A DNA stretch of 64,000 nt from an uncultured Acidobacteriota bacterium (GCA_963709105.1 CAVPVC010000016.1:526700-590699), one strand, 5' to 3'; shown: positions 37,688 through 49,883, counted from the first letter of the stretch. Numbers and translations are program-made. The notes: generated from the sequence alone by a model not told the origin.

Positions 37688-38065
37688 TTGCGTTCGCTAT
37701 CCTAGCAGATAAAGCAGGGGGCGCTGGCTCACACGGCGGGTGAAGGTGTGAGAATGCCAACGTCCGGCGATGATGAACGCGATGTAACGCGCAAAACGTT
37801 TCCTACTTCGAGCAACCGCTTGCCATGAATCGCAACTGAACCGCCTACGGGATTCTCCCTCGCAAGGGGCGGTTCGATGCGACGGGCTGTAAATATTTAA
37901 TTACATGCGGCTTACTGACGGACTGAAATCGGGAGCCGATACGGGTGTTGGTAGGTGGATTGCCAGCCCCGTGGTGGGTTCTGTCGTCTGAAATCGAGCC
38001 CGCCGAGTTCGTTCCAGTACTGCCGGCGCAACCGATCACGGTAACCCGCATCTTGGGAGGGCGAC

Positions 38066-38422
38066 GTGGCGTTGTTCGTTCTGATCTTAGTGGGCGTCGT
38101 GGTCGTTCAGACCTGGCTCGACTGGCGCGATACCCTCAAAACGTGGGTCTTCCCCAACTGGGCCAAGGGAACGGCGCTGGCAGGCGTGCTCGCCGCGTCT
38201 CTTGCCGCGATTACATCCTTCGCTTCCGTGCTGATTCAGGAGCCCGCGTCGCAATCGGGGCCTGAAACGGTCTCCAAGCTGTTCTGGCCGGAGCTGGCGT
38301 TTCTGGTCTGCATGATGGGCGTGATTGTCGTGTCCGTGCGCAAAAAGCGCATGCGCCTGATGCTGCTCCTGGTGGCCATGGTCTTCGGTGCCTTCTGGCT
38401 CGGAGTAATGCTCTCCTCGTAA
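38066..38422 (+). CDS. small integral membrane protein (about 4 TM), hypothetical
   Basis: GTG start; 118 aa, strongly hydrophobic. Confidence 0.45.
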   Translation: MALFVLILVGVVVVQTWLDWRDTLKTWVFPNWAKGTALAGVLAASLAAITSFASVLIQEPASQSGPETVSKLFWPELAFLVCMMGVIVVSVRKKRMRLMLLLVAMVFGAFWLGVMLSS

Positions 38423-38514
38423 CACTTGCCGCACTTCCCGGCAGCTGACTAACCTGACATAGCCCACGCGCTGAAACTTGCCCGCCCGCGGGCCGGCGCG
38501 CCATACTCGATTCC

Positions 38515-39702
38515 ATGAGGCTTGGGACTCCGCTCCTCGCTGCGGTGACGCTGCTCATGCCCTTGTGGGCGCGTGCCGATGAGTTGAAGCTCAAAGACGG
38601 CACGAAGATCGTCGGCACGATTGTGGGCTTCGAGGACAACTCCTTCAAGGTGAAGACCAGCTACGGTTTCGCCGTGGTGCAGAAGGACCAGGTGGCGTCC
38701 ATCGATATTTCCGAGGGCAAGAACGAAGCAAATAGCGAAGGCAAAGACGAAGGCAAGAATGATGCCGGGAAACCAGCGTCCATAGCCAAGCCCGACCCGG
38801 CGCCGGTGGTTGTAGCCAAGCCGGTCGAGGCTGCTAAGGCGAGCACGGCCAGCTCGTCCCCTGCCGCACAGCCTTCTCCACCAGCCGTACCGCCAGCCAA
38901 ACCGTCTTCGCCTCCTGCAAAACCGGCTTCAGAGATTAAACCCGCACCTGTCGAACCCGTGCGGGTCGCAAAAACCGCAAAGCCGGAAACACCGGCTGCT
39001 CCTGCCGCGGCACAGCCAGTGAAATTGGCTGAGAAAACGGCCGCGACGGCAACCGAGCCGATACTCAGCAGCGCATCCGCCAGTGTGAGCGCTCCGAAAC
39101 CGGCTGAACCACCAAGAGCGGTGCCGCCTCCGGCTGCCGAGCCGGCGCTCAAGAGCACATCTGTTAGCGCAGGCGCTCCGAAACCGGCCGAGCCGCCGAA
39201 AGCTTTGCCGCCTCCTGCTGCCGAGCCGGGACCGATCCGCGAACAGGTGATTGGCAACACCTACACCAACCAGACCTACGGCTTTCAGATGTACAAGCCT
39301 CCGGCGTGGGAGGTGATCGCGGGCGTGCCGTCGCTTCTCCCCGGCGCGATTGCTGCGATGGGCACGAACGACCAGACGACCTACCTGCTGGTGGGGCAGG
39401 AATTGGCCGCGAGCTCCATCGAGAGCGTGCGCGACGCTACCGAGCGCCGGCTTCGCGACATCATGGACAATTTCCGGCCGCTCGGCGAAACGAGCCTCAC
39501 CGTTTCGGGCGCACGCGCGATCCAGATTCATTTTCGCGGGGGCGTCGACGGGCACGATTGGTCGGGAGTGGCGATGTTCGTCCCGCACGGCGCACGGCTA
39601 TTCACCATATTCGGAATGACCCTTGCGGACAGCGATCTCGTGCAAATTCAGGAGAACGTGATCGCGCGCGCCGTCTCCAGCCTTCAGTTCACCACACAAT
39701 AG
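38515..39702 (+). CDS. secreted protein with a Pro/Ala-rich linker and internal repeat; hypothetical
   Basis: Signal peptide, then an N-terminal LKLKDGTKIVGTIVGFEDNSFKV module. The repeat APKPAEPP[RK]A[VL]PPPAAEP occurs twice (about 39085-39235). A globular C-terminal domain follows. Confidence 0.6.
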   Translation: MRLGTPLLAAVTLLMPLWARADELKLKDGTKIVGTIVGFEDNSFKVKTSYGFAVVQKDQVASIDISEGKNEANSEGKDEGKNDAGKPASIAKPDPAPVVVAKPVEAAKASTASSSPAAQPSPPAVPPAKPSSPPAKPASEIKPAPVEPVRVAKTAKPETPAAPAAAQPVKLAEKTAATATEPILSSASASVSAPKPAEPPRAVPPPAAEPALKSTSVSAGAPKPAEPPKALPPPAAEPGPIREQVIGNTYTNQTYGFQMYKPPAWEVIAGVPSLLPGAIAAMGTNDQTTYLLVGQELAASSIESVRDATERRLRDIMDNFRPLGETSLTVSGARAIQIHFRGGVDGHDWSGVAMFVPHGARLFTIFGMTLADSDLVQIQENVIARAVSSLQFTTQ

Positions 39703-39718
39703 AGCTACAGTAGCTTGG

Positions 39719-41044
39719 ATGAACGGAACGATAGGCCTTCTAGTTGCGGTTTGTTTGACGGCACTGTGCGCGGTATCGCCGAGCTTTTCGCGGCAGGACA
39801 CGCCGCGTAGCCCCAGCGGTGCGCCGCCGACGTTCTATCGCGACGTGCTGCCTATCCTGCAGAATCACTGCCAGGCTTGCCATCGCGAGGGCGAAATCGG
39901 GTCGATGCCGCTCGTCACCTACGAACAAACGAGGCCGTTTGCCCGGGCCATCGCCAACGCCACAAGCCAGAAGAAGATGCCGCCGTGGTTTGCCGACCCT
40001 GGCATCGGGCATTTCTCGAATGATCCTGCGCTCAGCCCGCAGGAAATCGCCACGCTGGCTTCCTGGGCGGACTCGAACGCGCCGGCGGGCGATTCGCATG
40101 ACGCTCCCGCTCCTCGCGAGTGGGCGCGGGGATGGATGATCCCGCAGCCGGATGCCGTGATACAGATGCCGAAACCGGTGGCGATTCCGGCGCGCGGCGA
40201 CGTGCAATACACCTACGAAATCGTCCACACGGGCTTCACAGAGGGCAAATGGGTGCAGTTCTCCGAGGTGCGGCCGTCGAGCCGGGAGAATGTGCATCAC
40301 GCGGTGGTGTACGTGCGTCCGCCGGATTCGCACTGGCTGCAGCATGCGCCGATCGGCGAGCCTTTCACCGGCGCGGACATGAATGACGAGCAGGACCGCA
40401 ACGACACTCACTTCACTACAGCGGATATTCTTCTGGTGTACGCGCCGGGAAGTTCGCCGGACAACTGGACGAGCGGCATGGCGAAGTTTATTCCCGCGGG
40501 CTCGGACCTGGTGTTCCAGATGCACTACATGGCGCACGGCCATCCGATGAGCGATCAGACCAGCGTGGGGCTGGTGTTCGCCAAGGAACCGCCGAAGCAG
40601 CGCGTGCTCACGCTGCAATTAACCAACGACAAGTTCGTGATTCCGCCCGGAGTGCCTGACTTTCGCGTGGAGGTGCATGGCTCGATTCCCAATGACGCCG
40701 TGCTGCTCAGCTTCTTTCCGCATATGCACCTGCGCGGGAAGCGCTTCGAGTACAACATCCTGGAGCCTGGCGGCGGAATCGAAACGCTGCTGCGCGTGAA
40801 TTACGATTTTTACTGGCAACTGAGCTACCGGCTCGCGGAGCCGCGGTTGCTGAAGGCGGGAACCGTGCTGCAGGCGGTGGCGTGGTACGACAATTCGAAG
40901 AACAATCCGCATAATCCCGATCCGGATGCCGCGGTGCGCTGGGGCGATCAGACCTACGATGAAATGATGGTGGGATTCTTCGATGTGGCCGTGCCGGCGA
41001 ACGTGGATAAGACGCAGTTCTTCGTTCGGCGGCCGCAAAAGTAG
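39719..41044 (+). CDS. cytochrome c (CxxCH) domain fused to a PHM/DBH-like copper type II monooxygenase domain
   Basis: FYRDVLPILQNHCQACH is a Planctomycete-type cytochrome c motif. VHHAVVY, FQMHY, FPHMHLRG and YDEMMVG occupy positions equivalent to the PHM CuH (H,H,H) and CuM (H,H,M) ligands. Confidence 0.7.
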   Translation: MNGTIGLLVAVCLTALCAVSPSFSRQDTPRSPSGAPPTFYRDVLPILQNHCQACHREGEIGSMPLVTYEQTRPFARAIANATSQKKMPPWFADPGIGHFSNDPALSPQEIATLASWADSNAPAGDSHDAPAPREWARGWMIPQPDAVIQMPKPVAIPARGDVQYTYEIVHTGFTEGKWVQFSEVRPSSRENVHHAVVYVRPPDSHWLQHAPIGEPFTGADMNDEQDRNDTHFTTADILLVYAPGSSPDNWTSGMAKFIPAGSDLVFQMHYMAHGHPMSDQTSVGLVFAKEPPKQRVLTLQLTNDKFVIPPGVPDFRVEVHGSIPNDAVLLSFFPHMHLRGKRFEYNILEPGGGIETLLRVNYDFYWQLSYRLAEPRLLKAGTVLQAVAWYDNSKNNPHNPDPDAAVRWGDQTYDEMMVGFFDVAVPANVDKTQFFVRRPQK

Positions 41045-41071
41045 CGGGTAAGGCTGAGCAATTCTTTTCCG

Positions 41072-41164
41072 GCAGTCATTCTGAGCGCCGGTTTTGCGCG
41101 AAGAATCGCTCTTGCGTTTCGGCGCGAATCAGGAGGGATTCTTCGCTTCGCTCAGAATGACTGC
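41072..41164. repeat. inverted pair of family A repeat units (long hairpin) between convergent genes
   Basis: GCAGTCATTCTGAGCGCCGGTTTTGCGCGAAGAATCGCTC ... GAGGGATTCTTCGCTTCGCTCAGAATGACTGC. Confidence 0.8.
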
Positions 41165-41183
41165 ATTTGGGGATGATCGACCG

Positions 41184-42564
41184 TCAGAACTTCGTTACTT
41201 CGCTGAAGTGGAAGTTGCGCACCTTCATTGCCGGCACGACCATGTCGAAGGATTCTTCGCCGGAGGAGCGCACGGCGGGGCCGAGCATCTCGACGTTGGA
41301 AAGCATATCGATGACGCTTTGATTGAAGCGGAAATTGCGGATTCCGCCGGTTACGCGGCCGTTTTCGACGAGAAACGTGCCGTCGCGCGTCATGCCGGTG
41401 AGGATTTTGTTGTAGGGATCCACTTCGCGGATGTACCACAGGCGCGTGACGAGGACGCCGCGCTCGGTCGAGCGCAACCATCTCGCCGACGGACTTGTCT
41501 CCCCCGCTCCACACCAGGTTCATCGGGGCTTCGCCGTGCTCGTTGGGAAGAGCGAAGCCGTGGCCGGTGGGCTTGGTTTTCATTTTTTTCGCGGTGGCGC
41601 GGGAATAGACCAGGTTCTTCGGGACGCCGCGGTCGATCAGCAGCACTTTCTGGCGCGGGACGCCTTCGCCGTCGAATGGCTGCGCCGAGCTGCAGCGGGT
41701 GGTAGACGTCGTCCCACAAGCGTGATGTTCTCGCCGAAAAGCTTTTTGCCGAGGCGGCCCGTTAGGCAGGAGCGCTTGTCGAGCACGGCGGTGCCCGCAA
41801 AATCGTAGAAAAGGAAGCCGACGAGGTCGAGGACCGCGGCGGGTTCCGAGAATCGCGGTGTAATGGCCGGGTTCGAGTTCGCGCGGGTTGCGCGAGTTTG
41901 CGGCTTTTCGCTGGCGCTTTCGGCGAGAGATTCGGGATCGATCTCGCGAATATCGTACGAAGTGGATTTGGCCCAGCCGGAGGAATTCTCTTCGAGGATG
42001 GTGACGGAGAATTCCGCGCGGGTCTGCTCGTGGCGGGCGAAGAGTCCTTTGGAATTCGCCAGGACCGAATGAACCGAAGCCGCTGGAAAAAATTCCCGCG
42101 GCGGTTTGTTTGGCTTTGTCCGCCATGTTGCAGACCGTGGTGACGGCGCGGGCGCGCATCCTGCGGGGTGGCGGCGGACGTGGCGCCGGAGAAGCGCGCG
42201 ACTTTCTGATATTTCTGCGCGCCGAGCATGGGCAGCAGGTCCGGATTTTCGGCTGGTTGTGCGCTAGCTGAGCGGCGGAGGCGACGACGCGGCGAAGGGA
42301 CTCGTCGTCGGTCTTATTGGTGGAGGCGCGGGCGGTGCGGCCGTCGACCACCGCGCGGACGGAGATGCCCAGGGTCTGCTCGGCGACGTTCTGGTGAATG
42401 GTGTTGTTGGCGAAGCGCGTGAGCGCGTCGGAGCCGATGTGTATCTCGACTTCGGTCTCATCGGCCTCGCTCAGCTTGATGATGCGCTCGGCGAGAGCGT
42501 CCAGATCGAGGAGGCGGGTCGAGCGGAGCGCGGGGGCGTCCGGTCGTGCTTTGGCGGGCGTCAT
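41184..42564 (-). pseudogene. pmbA: PmbA/TldE-family protein (peptidase U62), at least 5 frameshifts as assembled
   Basis: Conserved pieces lie in different frames: MTPAKA...IKLSEADETEVEIHIGSDALTRFANNTIHQN...; ELEPGHYTAILG; FDGEGVPRQKVLLIDRGV...TGHGF; and C-terminal ORF 41184-41477 (WYIREVDPYNKILTGMTRDGTFLVENG). Confidence 0.8.
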
Positions 42565-44028
42565 TTCGCGAACGCGGCTCCCACTTTGATGTTGCGGAAG
42601 CGCGCGGGGGAGGCGCCGTGGCCGGTGCCCATGGTCTGCATGGGCTGGCCTTTGCCGCAATTGGGCGTGCCCCAAAGCGTCCAGTAATCGCGCGAGCAGA
42701 TTGCGTCGCAGCTATTCCAGAATTCGGTGGTGATGCCGCTGTAGCTGGGATTCTTCAGCATGCGGCCCTTCTTGCCGCCTTTGATCTCCCAGCCGATTTC
42801 GGTGGAGAACTGGAAATGGTAGCGGCGGTCGTCGATGGACCAGGAGCGGTTGGTCTCCATCAGGATGGCGTCGTCGGTATCGGCGATCAGGTCGTCGTAT
42901 TTCCACGTGCCGGGATTGATGCTGATGTTGGTCATGCGAATCATGGGCAGGCGATTCCAGCTTTCGGTGCGCATGGTGCCGCCGGAGCGCTTTTCGCCGA
43001 TGGCGGAAGCCGTTTCGCGATTGCTGAGATAGCCGGTGAAAAGGCCGTTGGTGATGATCGGGCGTGCACTGCGCGGGAACGCCTTCGTCGTCGTAGGCAA
43101 ACGTGCCCAGGCCGGGGCCGTGTTCGAGGCGGGCATCGGCGACGACGTTCACGATGTCGGAGCCGTATTTGAGCTTTGCGCAATTTTTCGGTGGTGAGAA
43201 AGCTCATGCCGGCGAAATTGGCTTCCATGTCCGAGGACGCGATCGAGTTCGATCGGATGGCCGATGGATTCGTGAATCTGCAGGCCGAGCTGCGAGCCAT
43301 CGAGGATGATGGTGCGCTGTGCCTTCGGGGCATTGCGCGGCGGAATGCAGCGCGACCGCTTCCTCGCCGATGCGCTGGGCGTTGCCGGCGAGGTCGAGCG
43401 ATTCGACCAGTTCGTAGCCCGGCGAGCATGTGCTGGCCGCCGAAGCTATTGGGATACGAGCGCTTCTGAATTTCGTTGCCCGAGAAGGCTGTGGCGACGA
43501 TTCCGGCGCCCGATTGCATTTTGATCTGATGAATCTGCGAGCCGGTGCTCGAAGCGAAAAGCTGCTCGATGCGGCGGAACGTCATGCGAGCCTTCCGCCA
43601 GCGGTGACGCCTTTCACGCGGCGCATTTCCTTGTCGGCGGCGAGCAGGAGATCGATCTGGCGCTCGACGGGAATGCGGAAAGGGTCCTTGAGGAAGGGAT
43701 TCTGCCAGGTGTCCACGTAAGAGGCTTCCGGGGCGAGCGCGACATCTTCGCGTTTGGCGAGCGCGGAGGCTTTGGCGATGGCTACGGCTTCGGCGGCGCA
43801 GGCCTGGACGCCTTCGCGGGTGAGGCGGTCGGTGGAGGAGAAGCCCCAGGAGCCGCCGGCAATCACGCGGATGCCGATGCCGAGCGATTCGGTTTCGGAG
43901 AGCGTGCCGACTTCGCCGTTTTTTGTGGAGATGTCGCGCTGGCGGATGTCCATGACGCGGACGTCGGCGTAGGTGGCGCCGCGGCGCTTGGCCGTTTCGA
44001 TGGCCCAGGCCGCCCAGTCTTGCATCAT
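42561..44028 (-). pseudogene. tldD: metalloprotease TldD (HExxxH), at least 6 frameshifts as assembled
   Basis: N-terminal ORF 43582-44028. The middle pieces FASSTGSQIHQIKMQSGAGIVA, LQIHESIGHPIELDR, MEANFAGMSFLT and NVVADARLEHGPGLGTFAYDDEGVPA are in shifting frames. C-terminal ORF 42561-43136. ATGA overlap with pmbA. Confidence 0.8.
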
Positions 44029-44274
44029 GGTCCGGCTCCGGGTCGGGTCTCCGTGAATCTCGCATCGCGAACAATCTTAGGGAGAGCTCTGAACGATTGC
44101 AACCGATGTTGTCCGGCCGCAAACCAAAATCCCGCTTTTCGACGTGTGGTTCGAAGCGGCCAGCGTAACCTTTCCGCCACAGCCGGGTGGCGGCGTGCAT
44201 CGACAGCCCATTTTCGGGATGTTAGGGTAGTAAAGTTCTCGGATCATATTAACGATTCAGTACAGAGGCAATTC

Positions 44275-44736
44275 ATGAAGCTGAAGTTGAAGCTGTCGGC
44301 GCGCGAGTGGAAACTGATTCTCCAGGGTGGGCAGGCGCTTCTGGCTGGAATTCTGGCCGGGGTGCTGATTTACGCGGGCGTGCAGATGAGCTCGGCGTAT
44401 ATGAAGGGGTATGAATTCGAGAAGGCCACCCGGAAGGAAGCGCAGCTGGCGGCCGCGAATTTCACCACGACGGATACGGTTCGCGACGAGATTCTGCAGA
44501 AGGCTCAGGATCTGGGATTGACCGTGGAGCCGGACGAGATCAACGTGACAGCGGCCAAGAAGGAAGCACAGATACCGGTTGCCGGGGTTGCCGCGATCGT
44601 CGAGAACGGCAATCAGAACGATCTGCCCACTGTGGCGGCGGTGAATATCGACATATCGTACGAAGTGCCGATTGCGTTTCCCCTGTATACCTTCGAGATG
44701 AAGTTCCGCGTCCACGCGGACGACCACACCATCTGA
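44275..44736 (+). CDS. small membrane-anchored protein, paralog of 58327-58706 (C-terminus HADDHTI)
   Basis: ATG at 44275 follows AGAGG. It has one N-terminal TM segment, and its C-terminal half aligns with the 58327-58706 product. Confidence 0.6.
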   Translation: MKLKLKLSAREWKLILQGGQALLAGILAGVLIYAGVQMSSAYMKGYEFEKATRKEAQLAAANFTTTDTVRDEILQKAQDLGLTVEPDEINVTAAKKEAQIPVAGVAAIVENGNQNDLPTVAAVNIDISYEVPIAFPLYTFEMKFRVHADDHTI

Positions 44737-44761
44737 ATCACGGGGACTATGTAAGACACAA

Positions 44762-44781
44762 CGCCAATCGGGAGATTGGCG
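44762..44781 (+). repeat. family B hairpin element, copy 2
   Basis: CGCCAATCGGGAGATTGGCG, 26 nt after the stop at 44736. It is preceded by AAGACACAA and followed by GTCCC. Confidence 0.75.
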
Positions 44782-44981
44782 GTCCCGGGGTGATGCGCCA
44801 ATTCCATTCGCTGACTGGCACCGCGAAGTACCGGGCAGCGTGGGGCTAGCGGTACAGCGATCCCCAGGCTGCCGGCTGGTGACTTTATTGATTGGGAATC
44901 TACAGGCTATCCCCATATAATCGGTTGCCGTCAGACGAACCTGCTCTTGAGAAACCAGATGCGAAACAAGTGGAGGCAACG

Positions 44982-45251
44982 ATGAGAAGAGCTTCGATGT
45001 TAATCGCGGCGGGTCTGCTGGTCTGCCTGCCGATTTTCGCGCACGGAGGGAAGCAAGGCGGACAAAAGGGCGGATACGGCGGCGGGCATATTCCCGCGCA
45101 CGGACCTGCACCGGCGCCACGCGCTCCGGCAGGCGGGGGCGCAGAACACAGGCAGCGCCGCCAGCGGCAGCTCCCGAAAATCACGCACAGGATAACCGCG
45201 CACCTGCAAATCCTCAGGGGGAACACCGCACAGCTCAGAACCCCGGTGTAG
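44982..45251 (+). CDS. signal peptide plus Gly/Pro-rich N-terminal part of a secreted protein; probably the same gene as 45324-45626, separated by a frameshift
   Basis: ATG at 44982 follows GGAGG. Reads MRRASMLIAAGLLVCLPIFAHGG. The frame ends at 45251, and the downstream domain's frame opens at 45252. Confidence 0.45.
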   Translation: MRRASMLIAAGLLVCLPIFAHGGKQGGQKGGYGGGHIPAHGPAPAPRAPAGGGAEHRQRRQRQLPKITHRITAHLQILRGNTAQLRTPV

Positions 45252-45323
45252 CGGAGTCGCAGCTTTCGCGATCAGCCGGGACACCCCGAGGCTCCGCACG
45301 TCCACCCGAAGAACGATCAGTGG

Positions 45324-45626
45324 GTGGGGCATGACAGCGGCCCCAACGATCCTCACTATCATCTCGATCATCCGTGGGAGCACGGGCACTTTACGGGAGG
45401 CATTGGACGCGGCCACGTCTGGCGGCTTGAGGGCGGCGGGCCGAGCCGTTTCTGGTTTGGCGGGTTCTATTTTTCGGTTGCGGATTACGATCTAGGTTAT
45501 TGCGCTGACTGGGACTGGAGCGGCGATCAGATCGTGATTTACGATGATCCGGATCATGTGGGCTGGTACCTGGCGTATAACGTGAGGCTTGGGACGTACG
45601 TGCACGTGATGTATCTGGGGACGTAA
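45324..45626 (+). CDS. His-rich conserved hypothetical domain ([14 protein letters not shown]...[12 protein letters not shown])
   Basis: The frame is open from 45252 ([19 protein letters not shown]...). There is no convincing own start or RBS. Confidence 0.5.
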   Translation: MGHDSGPNDPHYHLDHPWEHGHFTGGIGRGHVWRLEGGGPSRFWFGGFYFSVADYDLGYCADWDWSGDQIVIYDDPDHVGWYLAYNVRLGTYVHVMYLGT

Positions 45627-45655
45627 GCTACGCGGCCAGTTTGGCGGAATCGAAA

Positions 45656-45684
45656 GGGGCTTCCGAAAGGGAGCCCTTTTTTTT
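45656..45684 (+). terminator. intrinsic terminator
   Basis: GGGGCTTCC GAAA GGGAGCCC followed by T8. Confidence 0.75.
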
Positions 45685-45709
45685 GTGTTTGCTCGTCGCG
45701 GACGGCGAA

Positions 45710-45847
45710 GAGAGATTCTTCGGGCCATAAAACCGGCACTCAGAGTGACTGCTTAACACCACGGCAACTGCTTAACACGCGAGCACCGTCTTAACACCGC
45801 GGCGCGGGCCTGCAGGGGACATTGTGAGCGCAGCGAAGAATCTCTCT
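45710..45847. repeat. composite element: two inverted family A units flanking three phased CTTAACAC direct repeats
   Basis: The units are at 45710-45752 (minus orientation) and 45818-45847 (plus orientation). CTTAACAC occurs at 45752, 45771 and 45790, exactly 19 bp apart. Confidence 0.7.
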
Positions 45848-45856
45848 GCGGATTCA

Positions 45857-47287
<1,431 letters not shown>

Positions 47288-47334
47288 TCACGGACAAAAC
47301 CATAACGCCTGCGGAATCGGGTGCTGCGAATGTG

Positions 47335-48527
<1,193 letters not shown>

Positions 48528-48757
48528 AACAGTTTCCTCCGGCAGTAAGAAAGGCAATCACGGGACCAAATTGCGCTTTCGTGGGGGTGGATGAACAACT
48601 GACGCTAGCATACGGCTCTTTTTGGTGTCAATGAATTGCACCGGAAGGGTTTAAACAAACAGTCACTGGCGCTTAAGAACAGGTGAAATGCGGGCCGTAG
48701 TACTGCCGGGACTCTACCCTGGGCATTCTGTTGCACATAAAGGGCTTTGTGGGGAAC

Positions 48758-49883
48758 TCAGGCGGCATCCCGGCGGTACAGAAGATAGGCGCGGATGAAC
48801 GGGTCGATGTCGCCATCCAGTACCTTTTGGACGTCGCCGCGCTCGACCTTGGTGCGGTGATCCTTGATGAGCTGGTAAGGCTGCATGACGTAGGAACGGA
48901 TCTGGCTGCCGAAGCTGATTTCCGGCTTGGAGGCGTCGAGCTTGCGGAGAGCGGCGCGGCGCTTTTCAATCTCCTGCTCGTAGAGCTGGGACTTCAGAAC
49001 CTTCATGGCGATGTCGCGGTTCTTGTGCTGGCTGCGCTCGTTCTGGCACTGCACGACGATTCCGCTGGGAAGGTGGGTGATGCGGACGGCGGACTCGACC
49101 TTGTTGACGTTCTGGCCGCCGTGGCCGCCGGCGCGAAACGTGTCGACGCGCAGATCTTCCGGGCTGACGACGATCTCGATGCGGTCGTCGATTTCAGGGA
49201 TGGCGAACACCGAGGCGAACGACGTGTGGCGGCGGGCGGCCTGGTCGAAGGGAGAGATGCGGACGAGACGATGCACGCCGCTTTCTCCGGCCAGCATGCC
49301 GTAAGCGTTCTCGCCTTCGATCTGCACCGTGGCGGACTTGATGCCCGCTTCTTCACCGGGCGTGGAATCGAGGATCGTGGCGCGAAAGCCTTTTTCTTCG
49401 GCCCAGCGCAGATACATGCGCAGGAGCATTTCGGCCCAGTCCTGCGATTCGGTGCCGCCGGCGCCGGGCTTTACGGTGACGATGGCGTTCAGGCGGTCGG
49501 TTTCGCCGGCGAGGAGCGTTTTAGTTTCCAGCTCGGCGAGATAGGTATCGGCGGCGGCGAGTTCCTTGGCGAGGTCTTCCAGAAGCGAAGCGCGCTGGGC
49601 GTCGTCGGACTCTTCTTGCGCCAGGTGGATATAGGTTTCGATATCGCTGGTCTTGCTGTCGAGGGTTTTCTCGGCGTTTACGCGGTCTTCGAGCTGCTTG
49701 CGCTCCTGCAGAACGGCCTGGGCTTTTTCCTGATCGTTCCAGAAATTCGGGTCGCTGGTCTTCGCTTCGAATTCGGCGAGTTGCTTGCGCGCGGGTTCGG
49801 CGTCAAAGATAGCTTCGCACAAGCTCAAGGCGTTTCTTGAGCTCGGCGAAGCGCTGCTGGAGGTCTTCGATGTGTTCGGCCAT
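48758..49883 (-). CDS. prfB: peptide chain release factor 2 with the canonical programmed +1 frameshift
   Basis: Frame 0 reads MAEHIEDLQQRFAELKKRLELVRSYL-TGA. The +1 frame continues DAEPARKQLAEFE... and contains SPF and GGQ (AGGHGGQNVNKVESA). Confidence 0.95.
49802..49808 (-). promoter_or_regulatory. RF2 autoregulatory +1 frameshift site CTT TGA C
   Basis: The minus strand reads TAT CTT TGA C. The plus strand reads GTCAAAG at 49802-49808. Confidence 0.9.

Noticed and set aside
38700-39260. Repetitive DNA that might suggest a CRISPR or VNTR array
   Set aside because: The repeats are in frame and encode a Pro/Ala-rich linker of a secreted protein. There is no repeat-spacer architecture anywhere in the window.
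48528-48757. Possible SAM riboswitch in the 230-nt metK leader
   Set aside because: I recognised no SAM-I, SAM-II or SAM-SAH consensus elements by eye. The region also has to hold the prfB 3' end. Unresolved without an Rfam scan.
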